A DNA stretch of 64,000 nucleotides from Botryllus schlosseri (lineage: Eukaryota), in assembly GCA_051294905.1 (NCBI GenBank), contig CM119371.1, forward strand, positions 24,616,001 through 24,680,000. The letters are read 5' to 3'. Below are positions 52,341 through 64,000 of this stretch, piece by piece (position 1 is the stretch's first letter; each line of letters opens with the position of its first letter). A program made the translations under genes and the position numbers. Under the pieces are notes generated by a model that was given only the letters and a program-made list of their open reading frames with translations, did no database searches and was not told the origin of the DNA.

Positions 52341-53075
52341 TTATTTTTTGCAGCGGCCACAGAACCATTTGTTTTGTTTCGGGGAAGTGTTTAGTCCAGC
52401 ACATAGGAGATGATCCCGGTTGAGACAGGAGTCACAACGAATTGAATTGCTCTTTGTAAGTTGAAGGTCGCATACTCCACAGTACCAGTCCTTCTGACTA
52501 TATTTACTTTGGAATGCCTTCATCACAGCAGCCCATCCATCATATGCGAAGTAATTCTTGATGGGGAGTATATTCACAGTCTCATCAAGGCAGCTGTTGG
52601 GGATGAGGCGAGTGTCAGACGTGACAGACTTACTGCCCAATTTCTTCCCATACACTGCTTCATTAGTGTCCGATGGTGATACAAACCATGACAGCATCAC
52701 TGTGAATGAGGCAGAAGTGAAATTTGCTGAGGTTCTGCATGAAATAAACTTACATCGGTCTCTGTCTTTAGGATGTCTTTTTTTAAATGGAACTGGAGCG
52801 TCACATTTCTTCTTCTTCGAAAGGCCAACCACAGTTTGTTCCAAGCCTTTTGGGCGTCCTCTTTTTTTCAGTTTTGATGGCAGATGAATGTTGGAAAGAT
52901 CTGAAACAGCAAGATCAGTTTTATTATAGTGTAGCAAGATAAAGTTTGGATTAATTTGACACCAACCCGTGAACTTGTCTGGTGTCATGGTGATTTTGCT
53001 ACAGACTACGGACACTGCTGGGGTGCTATTTTCTGCATCACAGACTTCAGACACTGCTATAGCGCAATTGACCAA
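52341..53075 (-). pseudogene. C-terminal exons of the MULE transposase gene: AT-hook/NLS plus PHD finger
   Basis: KKRGRPKG motif and a C4HC3 PHD (CGVC..CDSC..HLLC..WFCGRC) then stop. Two short in-frame phase-1 GT-AG introns predicted at 52966-52901 (66 nt) and 52753-52700 (54 nt). Confidence 0.8.
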
Positions 53076-53453
53076 CCAATTTGAAATCGTGTGCGTCTTC
53101 TAGTTTAGTACGTATGGGCGATTTGAATATCTTTTGACATAGCAGGCAGGCCACGAAATGTCATTACGTAAATAAGTCATTATACCCACGGGTCCGCCCG
53201 AATATGTTCAATTATTATTTACGGGCCCTACATTTTCCAAGACACCTCACTCAGCTTTACCGGTAAATCTGAATACATGAGCAGAGAGAGGATAAAAAAT
53301 TGACAGCAATATTTATGCAATTCTCAATCATATTGACCGATTCAATCATGAATAGTAGAAATTCGAAGGCGACCTGCAATAAATTCAAATAATATAACGG
53401 TGATTATGCATTAGTTGTCATTTATTGATTCAATAGTGATAATCGCATATTAC

Positions 53454-53562
53454 CTTGCTCAACCCGTGGTTATGCCGTTCATTCATACTCTTCACTAGGA
53501 GATACTGACCATCCTCTGATGTACCAAACATGATATGAGCTTGGCACTCTTTACGGAAAGTG
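53454..53562 (-). pseudogene. Exon 2 of the MULE transposase gene (second half of a WRKY/FAR1-like CCHH domain)
   Basis: ttgcag acceptor and GTAATA donor. Peptide TFRKECQAHIMFGTSEDGQYLLVKSMNERHNHGLSK. The phase matches exon 1. Confidence 0.8.
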
Positions 53563-54853
53563 CTGCAATGAAATCGTGATACGTTACCCTGTGTTTCAAT
53601 CAAGCGTAATGCACAGCATGTGTGGCAGTGCCGCTGCTCGTAGTCCAGTAGCGAGCTAAAAAGGGGGCACTTCTTCGTTACTCTCCACACACCGAGAAGT
53701 GATCCCCATGAAACCAATGCTTCCCATGAACATGTTAAAATTTATAAACGTTAAAATACATTGTTTTTCGCGTTGGGGTGGGGGATATTAGGGTCGGGTG
53801 AGTTAGGATTGGGGTGGCGGGGTTGCGGTTGCATGTGTGGGGTTAGGATTGGGGTGGCGGTTGCATGTGTGGGGTTAGGATTGGGGTGTCAGCACGCGTG
53901 GGGTTAGGATTAGGGTGTCGTAAGATGAGGTGGTGGGGTTGCAGTTGCATGTGTGGGGTTGCGTATGCGTAAGATGAGGTGGTGGGGTTGCGTATGCGTA
54001 AGATGAGGTAGTCGGGTTGCAGTTGCATGTGTGGGGTTGCGTGTGCGTAAGATGAGGTGGTGGGGTTGCAGTTGCATGTGCGGGGTTAGGATAAGGGTGG
54101 CAGGGTTGCGGTTGCATGTGTGGGGTTAGAGCAGGGGTGGGCAAACTACGGCCCGCGGGCCGCATGCGGCCCGCCACGCCGTTCTGTGCGTCCCGTGAGA
54201 GTCCAAAGAAACTTTTTAAAAATTTTGATAAAATGCGTACTAAAAATCGTATTAATGCAGGGACTTGATTAACTTTTTCTTAGTATATTTCCCCATGATA
54301 ATTCTAAGACAGTGGTTTTCAAACTGGTGGGCGCGCCCCCTTGGGTGCGTTAAAGCATCTGAAGAGTGGCGCGAAGCTGAACTCAACTGAAATTTTTTTC
54401 GCGCCTCGCGCGATTTTCATACAATTCATAGTTATTGCTATGTATTTAGTCTGAATTACATATTTAAAAATCTCTCATCCACAGTCGTAACCTTCCATGC
54501 CATCAAACTACCCGTTAGGTTTGCTAGCATCCTGGTTGCGTTTTGTGATATGACGATAAGACAGTGTTTCCCAAACTTTTTTCACTCACGTACCATTTCG
54601 AGGTTTTATGCAGTGCTCGCGTACCACCAAACATAAGTTTCCGCCATTTATGACGTCATAATCACGTATTTGACCTATGCGAAGCGTAATAGCCAATGCT
54701 ATTAAACTAGGCATTATCAGCCTGGGTTGATGGGATGCATGTAATCGTTTTTTCACCCCCAGTAACAAGAAGAACAGCATATTTAAATACCAGCAAACAA
54801 CAAACGTCAATTTATTTATTGCGATGGCTGCAGTTGTTTATTTCCAACTAGCT

Positions 54854-55426
54854 CAGCGGTTCTCGAACTTTTTTAAACACGCCCTCCGTTATGATAGTGA
54901 AAAGTTTCGCGCCCCCCTAATCGTCATATTACAAAATGCAACCAGAATGCTAGCAATCCCAGCGAATAATTTGATGGCATGGAAGGTTGACAGTTGTTGT
55001 TGGTATGGAATTTTTGGTGTACGGCAGCAATGACCTTGTGCACCAGGTCAATTAGTTATATATGCATTATTCCATTAAATCTCTCTTCCGGACAACAAAA
55101 CCAATTCTATTGCCGAGGAAATCGTGGCGGGATGGGTCAGTATGTTATCTATGAAGAAAGGCACGCCGTGTTCCCGAGCTCCGCTTTTCTCTCGTACTCG
55201 TACTCCCGTTCGCATGAATATTTTGGGCAATGAATGTCAGTTGATAAGAGAATTCTAAAATATGCAATTAGGACTATACACAAAGCAAAAACAATGAAAC
55301 GGAGATAAATGGCGCGGAGCGCGAAAAAAAATTTCAGTTGGCTGCAGCTTCTCGCCCCCCTTCAGATGTTTTCACGCCCATCAGGCATCAAGGGGGGAGG
55401 GGTGCCCCTCAGTTTGAGAACCACTG
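54854..55426. mobile_element. hAT MITE, nesting level 4
   Basis: CAGCGGTTCTCGAAC / GTTTGAGAACCACTG ends. No clear TSD. Confidence 0.65.
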
Positions 55427-55456
55427 GCAGCGCATCAAAAGTCGCATGGGCACAAC

Positions 55457-55513
55457 AAGTCGGATTCGTTTCTTCGACTTGATAGTCATCAGGGATGAAA
55501 ATCCTTGCTCGCA
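55457..55513 (-). pseudogene. hAT transposase C-terminal dimerisation motif remnant
   Basis: CEQGFSSLMTIKSKKRIRL matches the Buster/Charlie CExGFS..KxKxRxRL motif. Confidence 0.8.
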
Positions 55514-57304
55514 CTCCCACCTAGAAGGGAAAATTGACAGCTGGGGAATAGCGTGAGAAGCTAGAGTCGAGTACGAGGAGGCCGTGCTAAGCCTGAAGTT
55601 TATCGGAGAACAATCTTTGTGTTCAACACCACCTGAACTAATAACTCCCTTCGGTCGAAAAAAACAAAATCTACTCGCGTACCACCTGGAAGACCTTCGC
55701 GTACCACTTGTGGTACGCGTACCACAGGTTGGGAACCACTGCGATAAGAGGACGCGAAATCTTTGACCATCATAAGGGGGCGGGGCGTGTCTTAAAAAGT
55801 TGATCACTGATCTAAGGCAAATATTTAATATCACAGCGGGAAAGCTGCAACGAGATTGGCATAATTTGGATCACCAGTGGGATTTCATATTGGCCACTTC
55901 ATTTTCAATTATTTCAGTGATATGCTTATAAAAAACGATTCGGGCGTGTCTTAGGTAGATTCGTTGTCTGTATGCGTAGAATGGGGGGTATTTATATTTT
56001 ATCTACACATAGTAGAAGCGTGTTCGAAGCTAACATTGTTATGATGCTGTCAGTATTGTGTGTCCTGGAACTGAGCCAAAAGTGGAATTCGTAAATCTAT
56101 GAACAGATCGCTGCTCACAGATTTATGTTTCAATCCTGCTGTAAGAATCGGGCCAACCGACTTTCAACTCTATAGTTTTGACAAATTGGTTATTGAGGTC
56201 CGCCAGCCTATGAAATCTCGCCACTATACGTTTCTAACGCATGTACGATATCATCAAAGCAATATTTGTCTAGTTCTAAATAAGCACATATATTGTCTCC
56301 ATGTCCTCACTATATTATCAAATATCAATATCGCGTTTTGGTTTATAATCCATATTTTATATAGTGCGGCCCGCGAATGAATTCAGATGTTGAATGCGGC
56401 CCGCGAGCTCAAAAGTTTGCCCACCCCTGGGTTAGAGGATAGGGGTGACAGGGTTGCGGTTGCATGTGTGGGGTTAGAATTGGGGTGTCGGCACGCGTGG
56501 GGTTAGGATTAGGGTGTCGTAAGATGAGGTTGCATGTGTGGGTTAGGATTGGGGTGTCGGCACGATTGGGGTTAGGATTAGGGTGTCGTAAGATGAGGTG
56601 GTGGGGTTGCAGTTGCATGTGTGGGGTGAGGTGGTGGGGTTGCAGCTGCATGTGCGGGGTTAGGATAGGGGTGGCAGGGTTGCGGTTGCATGTGCGGGGT
56701 TAGGATTGGGTGTCGGCACGCGTGGGGTTAGGATTAGGGTGTCGTAAGATGAGGTTGCATGTGTGGGGTTAGGATTGGGGTGTCGGCACGCGTGGGTTAG
56801 GATTAGGGTGTCGTAAGATGAGGTGGTGGGGTTGCAGTTGCATGTGTGGGGTGAGGTGGTGGGGTTGCAGTTGCATGTGCGGGGTTAGGATAGGGGTGGC
56901 AGGGTTGCGGTTGCATGTGCGGGGTTAGGATTGGGTGTCGGCACACGTGGGGTGAGGTGGTGGGGTTGCAGTTGCATGTGTGTGGTTAGGATTGGGGTGT
57001 CGGCACACGTGGGGTGAGGTGGTGGGGTTGCAGTTGCATGTGCGGGGTTAGGATTGGGTGTCGGCACACGTGGGGTGAGGTGGTGGGGTTGCAGTTGCAT
57101 GTGTGGGGTTAGGATTGGGTGTCGGCACACGTGGGGTGAGGTGGTGGGGTGTCATAGGAATGGGTTGAGGTTTAGGCTGAGGCTAATCCAACCCTAATTT
57201 CACGACACCAAGACTACAAAATGCTCATGGGAAACATTGCTTCTTGATGTTCATGTGGTTGTGGACCCCGTGGAAATTCCGTATCATACGTAAAGCTTAC
57301 TTAC

Positions 57305-57543
57305 CGTTGGTTAGGTCGAAGACCCTTAGATAAGCTCTGAAATCTGCGGCCGCCGTGGATGCAGTGAAAAGATATCTGGCCATACTTGAGGGCATCATTG
57401 AAATTTCGCCGAGTGATTCGCTTTCTTACTGCATCGAGCGTACGTGAATCTCTCTTGTAGAGCTGGACGTAATTTTCTTTCTGGTATTTCTCCAAAGCAC
57501 TTTTTAAGTCTTCGTAAGAGGCGAACTTACTCTCGGAATCCAT
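57305..57543 (-). pseudogene. Exon 1 of the MULE transposase gene (ZSWIM3/FAR1-like N-terminus)
   Basis: MDSESKFASYEDLKSALEKYQKENYVQLYKRDSRT...LKYGQISFHCIHGG...GLRPNQR followed by a GTAAGT donor at 57304. Starts ~120 bp inside the element end. Confidence 0.82.
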
Positions 57544-59452
57544 GCCGCAGTTACGGCCCACAGTTCCGGAAATCCCGGTACCCATTCTGCAGTTGCGGCA
57601 TGCTTACGCCGGACGAATAGCCTGATGAACTTAATTCGTCCGGTACCGGACGAGTAGACACTTTCTATATGATATTCTCCCTGTAAGTTGTATTGCTCAT
57701 TTGAGGTTTCAGTCACCATTTCTCGGTACTTAATCAACTTACTTCACACGCTTCCGTGAATTGTTCCTCAGTCTGCATCAGTTTCAAGACAACATACCCA
57801 TGCATCGATTGAAACACCGAAGTACATGATGGCAAAGTGACAAATACTGAAAATATGTCAATACAACTGTGAATGTAACCATAGTTGACATGTAAATTTA
57901 GTAATTAATCTAGTTACGGCTAGCAACGTAGAGCATATCAAGTATCACATCACCCAAAACATGCAACACATTCCTATCCGTACTCCATGGTTTATATATT
58001 ACTGCGACATACATCTGATATACACATTCATTGTTGAGTATAGTCACCGCGAAGCAGCTATGTCATTCGCAGACGTGAAATCGACCCCAGCTTGGCTCGA
58101 ACATTCAAGATGATATTGCAGCCAGTTTCCAAATAGAGAACTAGTCCAAATGTTAAACCATTCGTTTCCATCTAAAGTGTTATTAATTTTTGTTTGGCGG
58201 TAAATGTTTCTCATGCTACGGTTCAAAAATTGGAGGGGGGGAAATATTAAACGGGGTGCGATCTATGGCTATTGATTAGGTAACGCATATTGACAAAGCG
58301 TTGTTCTTATTGATTAGTTCACTGTCTTGAGTTGAATGTACGCCGTGCGAGATGCACGTGCTGTGCATACTGGTTCTGTATATGGTAGCTTGAATAATAT
58401 TAAACTTACACGAACACCTGTTACACGAGCCCCTGAGAGGTGAATAGATCAAATACCGCAAATATGCCCAACAATACACCTGTGGTGCTCAAATATGATC
58501 CGTTATCCAAAAATGGGTGGCGAAGAATGCACACTAAGGCGATTGCGTAAGGTATGTAATATTTGCAGAATTGCATGCTGCGTATTAATTCTCGGTCTTA
58601 AGCGCGTAATACGTACATGTCCAAGCCCAGTGGTGTAAGCCTAATTCAGCACTACGGTACTGTGGACTACTCTCTTTCAGGGGGCGTTATATGACAAATC
58701 AGATCAAGGTAAGATGAGTCAAAAAATTTGGCGCACCTCTGATCCATTGCATTCGAGATCTCAGGCATACCATTAATATAATGTTGGTTAACAGGAGATC
58801 GTAAGATGCCAAGTGAATAAAACTATTGGAAGTCTATTGTGCTGTCAAATCGTACATCATGAGATCCGGATTAATAGGACCCGTTTACGCTGAACCACTG
58901 CGATAATATCCACAGTTTAATCTGATACTGATGATTTTGGAGTAAACAGCATGTATCTTTGGGTATTTGAATCGATATTATTCAGTTACCGACTCTCTCC
59001 TCTCAATCACCGTTAGTGACGCATAAATCAATAATTGGAAGTGTCAATAAAGTTTGAGTCCATTATTATTTGAAATGTACTATTCATTCGATAGTCAGTG
59101 TGTAAATACTGTTATATTTGTAGTTCGTGAACAGCTGAAAGTCTAGAGCAGTTTTTTTTTTAACTAACGTGTCCTCCTAATATATGCTAATGGTGAATGA
59201 CTTCTCAGGCAATCAATTTACGGAGAATTGTATTTATAAAAGTTTAGACGGAGAATACGTACTAAAGATATATGGTATAGATAAAAGTATGCTAGATCTA
59301 GGTATAGCGATAACGTATATAGGATTGCAGAGGTACGAAGAGATGATATGAATCACTATCGTAAAAATTCCAGAAAATTATTATGCAGTACTTCTAATTT
59401 CTAGATAAACCCTCTATTTAATCAACATTGAGATTTGCATGTTCTCATAAGT

Positions 59453-60197
59453 CAGGGGCTTCCAAACGAGGGGTCGCGCTCACAATGGCGTCGTTCGTCT
59501 ATTCTCGGGATCACGGAGACAAATAGAAAATATCAAAGTCTATTACAAGAACGCCAATTACACGGATGCTATCGGCGGCTCATTTTAGAATATTTTAGTT
59601 CATTTTTTCAAAATAGAAGAAAGCAAGACATCTGAGGAATGCGAGCCCGGTAAACAAGGTATCAGATCAGTCGAAGCATCACCATAAGTCGTCGCCTACT
59701 ATAACTTAAGGTTGTGGTCTGGCCATTACTATGTATGTCGGGGGCATAAGAAAAATCACTAAGACAGTAATTTTGTCATCGAGGCGAATGACAAGTGACA
59801 GTAGTGCTATGTGGTAACAACTGTATAATACATACGCACACGCTCGGCGCGGCCGCAAACCATATAGATCGATATCTGTGTTCACGTGACACAGTGTTTA
59901 AAGTAGCAGTACTTGACCATATACTGCGATTGAATATAGACAGATATCGTTCCAAAAGACCTATTTACGTTGCTATAGTCTTGATTGAGTTTCCTAATCT
60001 AAGGACGTAGGTAGACGACTTAATACTTGTTATTACTGCGCACATAGTCAGCAGTTTCACAAATAGGCCGTGAGTAGGTATAGGCGGAGGTGCTGACCCT
60101 TTTTTTGTGACAAGCCCGCAAAAGTGATAGGAGGGGTCGCGCAATATTTTCTAATCGAAATTTTGGGGCGAGACCATATAAATTTTGAGAACTGCAG
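59453..60197. mobile_element. Degenerate hAT MITE
   Basis: CAGGGGCTTCCAAAC start with GGGGTCGCG motifs at both ends. TSD TCATAAGT / TTATAAGT. Confidence 0.65.
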
Positions 60198-62971
60198 TTA
60201 TAAGTGCTCTACAACGAATAAGCAATCTAACTGTAATTTGGTTGGACATAAATGCCATTGCAAAATTAAACTATCAACACTTGTGATAATATTTTCAGAA
60301 ATGATCTTATTTTAACCTTGCTTTGTGGCCATTTAGTATATTCATCATTTCAGATTAGGCCTACCATTTAAATTCATATTTATACTTGATTTAGCTGTGT
60401 CTACACTTATTGCTCTAATTCTGTCTTTTTTCACTATGCATTTCAGTCTAGGATATTTCCTGCAATGCAGGAATATATCAGCTGGCAGTTGTCTACCCAT
60501 CAAAGCACACGACACATTTTTATGTAGACCTGCGTTGCGAAAATTAACGACTGGAGTCAACATGAGAAATATCCTAGTGATCACGGAGACTCGCGATTCT
60601 GGTCTTTCCCATGGTTGAATCGCGGAGTCCCAATTTGAACCATGTGCGTCGTTTGATGTAAATTTACAAAAACTGAGATAAAGCTTATTTCGCTACTATG
60701 TCCTTAACTGATAGTCGTTAGATCACTATTTAGTTGCCATGTGATGAAATAATGAACGTATGGGGTGATGGATGATAATGAACATCAGCAATGATGATTT
60801 CAGTTAGTTCACCCAGGAACCGTGGCTATGTAAACAGCGAAACTGTCGAAGTCAGATTTTCATTAGCATGTTTACATAACGCTTTTGATATCTGCATGAC
60901 ACTCCGAAATTTTGCCAACGCATACATGGGCGCGATATTAGTCATTTGTGATTCGTATAGATTGCGAAAGCTCTTTGAGCAAATAGCTATTAAAGCAATC
61001 GAAGGATATACCCTTCAAACAATCAAACCGTATTCGCAGTGCGTACATAAACTTAATATTACTCACTGAAGCCAAGTATAGGCGCAGCGTAACGATTTCT
61101 CGGAGCCGTTACTATGAAGCAGTGAATGAATTGTTCTCATAGTTCTTTCAACTGCAACACATAAATATGTGGGTCTCATTTGGGCTGCCATACCATTTAT
61201 AAGCTTAGGCAAAATGTGCTAACTATTTATGTTCGATTCCGATTCTAGTATTAAGCTTTGAATCGAGTTGAGTTTTCGAGTCTCGCCCATTATGACATCA
61301 TTGAAATAGGAGAGATTTGACAAAGTAAATTTTATCCTTACAGTTGACCACAACTAAGATATGTTCAGTTCGACCTAATCAGAAATAACTTTGTTTATTT
61401 CTTCCAGCCCAAATGATGTATAGTTTTGTTTAGAACTCGACTTATGTAATCGACTCAGTCCGAACATTATTAGCGTATTTGTAAAATGTCTTTTCATGCA
61501 TCTCTGTTTATGATATTCGGTTCTGGTGTCGGGGGTGGTGAAGTTAATGAACTGTACATAATTGACTGTCATTCGACATTTCAGCATCGCTAAATTATGA
61601 TGAACAATGAACATGGGTTCGTCTTTTCATTCATATTTTCTGTTATGACAGGTCGGATAATGCCTGCATCAATATATACATAAATCTGGAAACATTCTAA
61701 CCATCTCCAAGATTTCATCATTTGTTACACGACACACATACCACAGGACGTGTAATTTAAGGTTAAGAATTCAAATGACAATAATTATCATCAACTAGTC
61801 ACACAAACGGAAGAGAGTGTCGAAACGACTTGTTTAGTATTCTTTCAAGAAGGCACCACCATTCGCTCAGAATATGCAAATGATAGTCGTGTTCACTTAC
61901 TGAGAATAAGATAACTGAAAAAGGATCAACAGGAGGCGATGAAAATGTTGTGGCGTGTGACCGCCGGCGAAGTCAAAATGTCAGATAAGGCCCCGTGATC
62001 TCGAACACTGGCTTATTGGAGGCACGTTGTTATGCAGAATCTGACAAATCATAACAAAGAAAAACATCCATCACGATACATCAACCGTGAAAGCTTCAGA
62101 ATTCCTATACTCAAGTGTAGGAGGTTTATCTAGGCTCCTCCTCTCCATATCATCGATGTATACGGTGTCTCATAAAAGTCAGCTATTAAATCCATAGCGG
62201 CACACTTTCTATTGCGCTCTCACGACAGGCACCGGAAATTCCTCTGGACTTACTTTCCGTACGGAAGCAAAATAGCGGTGAAATAGCCATAGCGGCAGAC
62301 TTCGCGAACAGTAAGCCGCTGTCTGAAAATAAACTCAGTAAACTAAGCGAGAAACAGTACCGTGTAAAACTGCGCGGCAACAATCGTGGCCGGGAAACAT
62401 GCATCAGTGAATCCGCCTTTTGAGAAAATACGTAATGTATGTATGTATATTGGGGTTATGGTGCTTAGCAGCTACGGCCTTGTGCACCAGACCAAAGTTT
62501 TGTAGGCATGTGTACTAAATTCTACTGCTACATAATAGTTGCCTCTCGGTGAGGAAAACATAGTCCAGTGGTTCCCAACCTTTTTCATCTCGTGCCTCCC
62601 TTGGCCGAAATTTGAGCCAAAATTCCCCCCTTAGGAGAAATCTGCCCGATGATTAAAAAAGGTCAATTTTTACTGCGCAATCACCTGTTGACTGAAGAAT
62701 AAGACGGGAGTTACGTAGTGTCTGTTTCTAGCAGGGCTGTAACAACACTTTGTAGACCTCCAAAAACAATGGTCTTGCTCCCAATCAAACAAATTCTGGA
62801 AGGCTTGACTCAACAGACCCCCATACTTCCATTTGTGTTTTCGACTTATCATGCACCAATCGCTAATATAACTGCTGTGAAAAATCAGTATGCATAAATT
62901 TGCTGGTCTCGCGATTTTTTCTCAAGTGTGCGTATGCATTTGGCTAATAATATTGGTATATTCATATATAT

Positions 62972-63498
62972 CAGGATGGACCACACTCGAGTCGGACAGA
63001 AAATGCCGACTCGACTCGACTAACACAATCTGTGTATTGACTCGACTTGGAGTCATTGTACATGACTCGAACCAAACCATATGACTCGTGACTATAAGAC
63101 GGCCAAGACCAACATTTCATTGTAATTTTGAAGAACAGTAAAGTGGCCTTCCTATTGGAATTTCGTCTATTGGTCCTGGTACTTGAGAATGCGACAATAA
63201 ACTGCTCAAAGTGAGGAAAATTAGTATATTATAAATCAAAATCATTCAATATCACCAAACAGGGTTATAAAAAGTGAGTTTAACAAGACTTTAACTGGAA
63301 ACTGAGCAGTCAACACAAGGAATTGGACTCGGACTCGAGTCATAATACCATAACTTGGACTCGACCCTATGCTCGGTGACTTGGACCGTCGGTCTTGACT
63401 CAATGGTGAATTGTAAATGAATAGACTTGACTAGAGTCAAAACTATGAAAGTGAAATTGACTTGTCACTCGGAGCCTCGTGACTTGGTTACAGCCCTG
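62972..63498 (-). mobile_element. Sibling of the 35009-35584 MITE
   Basis: Reverse-complement similarity along the length, GACTCGAGTC arrays, TSD ATATATAT / ATATATAC. Confidence 0.82.
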
Positions 63499-64000
63499 AT
63501 ATATACCCTGATATATAACATACACGTGATCAGATTTCCTGCTTGAGCTCATTGAAATTTAGGACACTCATTCGGTTTCGGCAACATTGCACCAAGTTTA
63601 ACATGCATTTTTTCGATCGAGTTGCTGTTCAGTGTTCACTAAAAATAAAGCAAGGCTAGCGATCTCTTTGACTTGAATCGATGACGTTGGAATATTTTGT
63701 CACTTTATGAAAATGTTGACATGAAAATATAAGATAAATACTTTCGTTAGAGGCCTTGTTGTGATAGATTCGGCACGACATTTGCTCGCTTAGAATATAT
63801 TTGATTGAGAGGCCGTCGCTGGCCTACAAAATTGTCTTGCGAACTGCAGCACATCTGAACTAGTTCCAAAAAAAGGGGCGAACTTGTATGGGAGAAAGAG
63901 ATTTCAAATAGCATTTGAACATACTTTCAGCAAAAAACAGCTATAAGGAGCATACGCTCTGATGTAACTGGTTGCCAACATAACATTTCGGACATGAACG

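Larger units (their letters stand above)
54562..55741. mobile_element. Buster/Charlie hAT deletion derivative, nesting level 3
   Basis: TIRs CAGTGTTTCCCAA / TTGGGAACCACTG. Perfect TSD CGATAAGA at 54554-54561 and 55742-55749. CGCGTACCAC subterminal motifs. Confidence 0.88.
54310..55809. mobile_element. hAT MITE, nesting level 2
   Basis: CAGTGGTTTTCAAACT / AAGTTGATCACTG ends. TSD TTCTAAGA / ATCTAAGG. Confidence 0.65.
54132..56429. mobile_element. Charlie/Buster-like hAT MITE, outermost of four nested elements
   Basis: TIRs CAGGGGTGGGCAAAC / GTTTGCCCACCCCTG. Perfect TSD GGTTAGAG at 54124-54131 and 56430-56437. GCGGCCCGC subterminal motifs. Confidence 0.93.
53775..57175. repeat. G-rich complex minisatellite (53775-54131 and 56430-57175) split by a MITE
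   Basis: Modules GGGGTTAGGATT(G/A)GGGTG, GAGGTGGTGGGGTTGCAGTTGCATGTG and TCGGCACACGTG in variable order. Bracketed by imperfect inverted repeats CAATGCTTCCCATGAACAT (~53715) / ATGCTCATGGGAAACATTG (~57221-57239). Confidence 0.9.
46134..57665 (-). mobile_element. Mutator/MULE DNA transposon, internally deleted and heavily invaded
   Basis: ~55-bp TIRs (GGCAGTGGCTACTCGTCCGGTACCGGACGAAT..CAGGCTATTCGTCCGGC and its complement at ~57608-57665), G..C termini, perfect 9-bp TSD TATATGATA at 46125-46133 and 57666-57674. MULE-type exons lie on the minus strand. Confidence 0.92.

Noticed and set aside
53843..57130. His/Pro/Cys-rich repeat ORFs
   Set aside because: They are translations of the G-rich minisatellite with no coding evidence.
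53775..57175. True telomere or interstitial telomeric array
   Set aside because: TTAGGG occurs only as isolated hexamers inside longer modules, not as tandem (TTAGGG)n.

Overview
AT-rich, intron-containing eukaryotic DNA that is almost entirely transposon-derived. An invertebrate source, possibly a tunicate, is an inference from repeat style and short introns. The dominant structure is a hidden giant palindrome at 8660-30315. After removing later insertions it has two ~4.6-kb inverted arms (about 90% identical by eye) around a ~1-kb unique spacer, packed with short unrecognised ORFs and a 42-bp tandem array. Its left arm is interrupted by a 4.3-kb PIF/Harbinger element (TAA TSD) and a full-length Ty3/Gypsy LTR retrotransposon (identical 184-bp LTRs, gag-pol with one in-frame stop). 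Its right arm carries 8-bp-TSD hAT MITEs. Each arm preserves the empty site of the other arm's insertions. The second large structure is an 11.5-kb Mutator/MULE element at 46134-57665 (55-bp TIRs, 9-bp TSD). It keeps spliced exons for an N-terminal WRKY/FAR1-like zinc domain and a C-terminal AT-hook/PHD region but lacks the DDE core, and it is filled with deeply nested MITEs, a CR1/L2-type LINE fragment and a G-rich minisatellite. Also present are more than a dozen further MITEs, a decayed Chapaev3-like transposase fragment, and probable LRR-type host exons at 34.3-38.2 kb. All calls were made by eye; no database searches were run.
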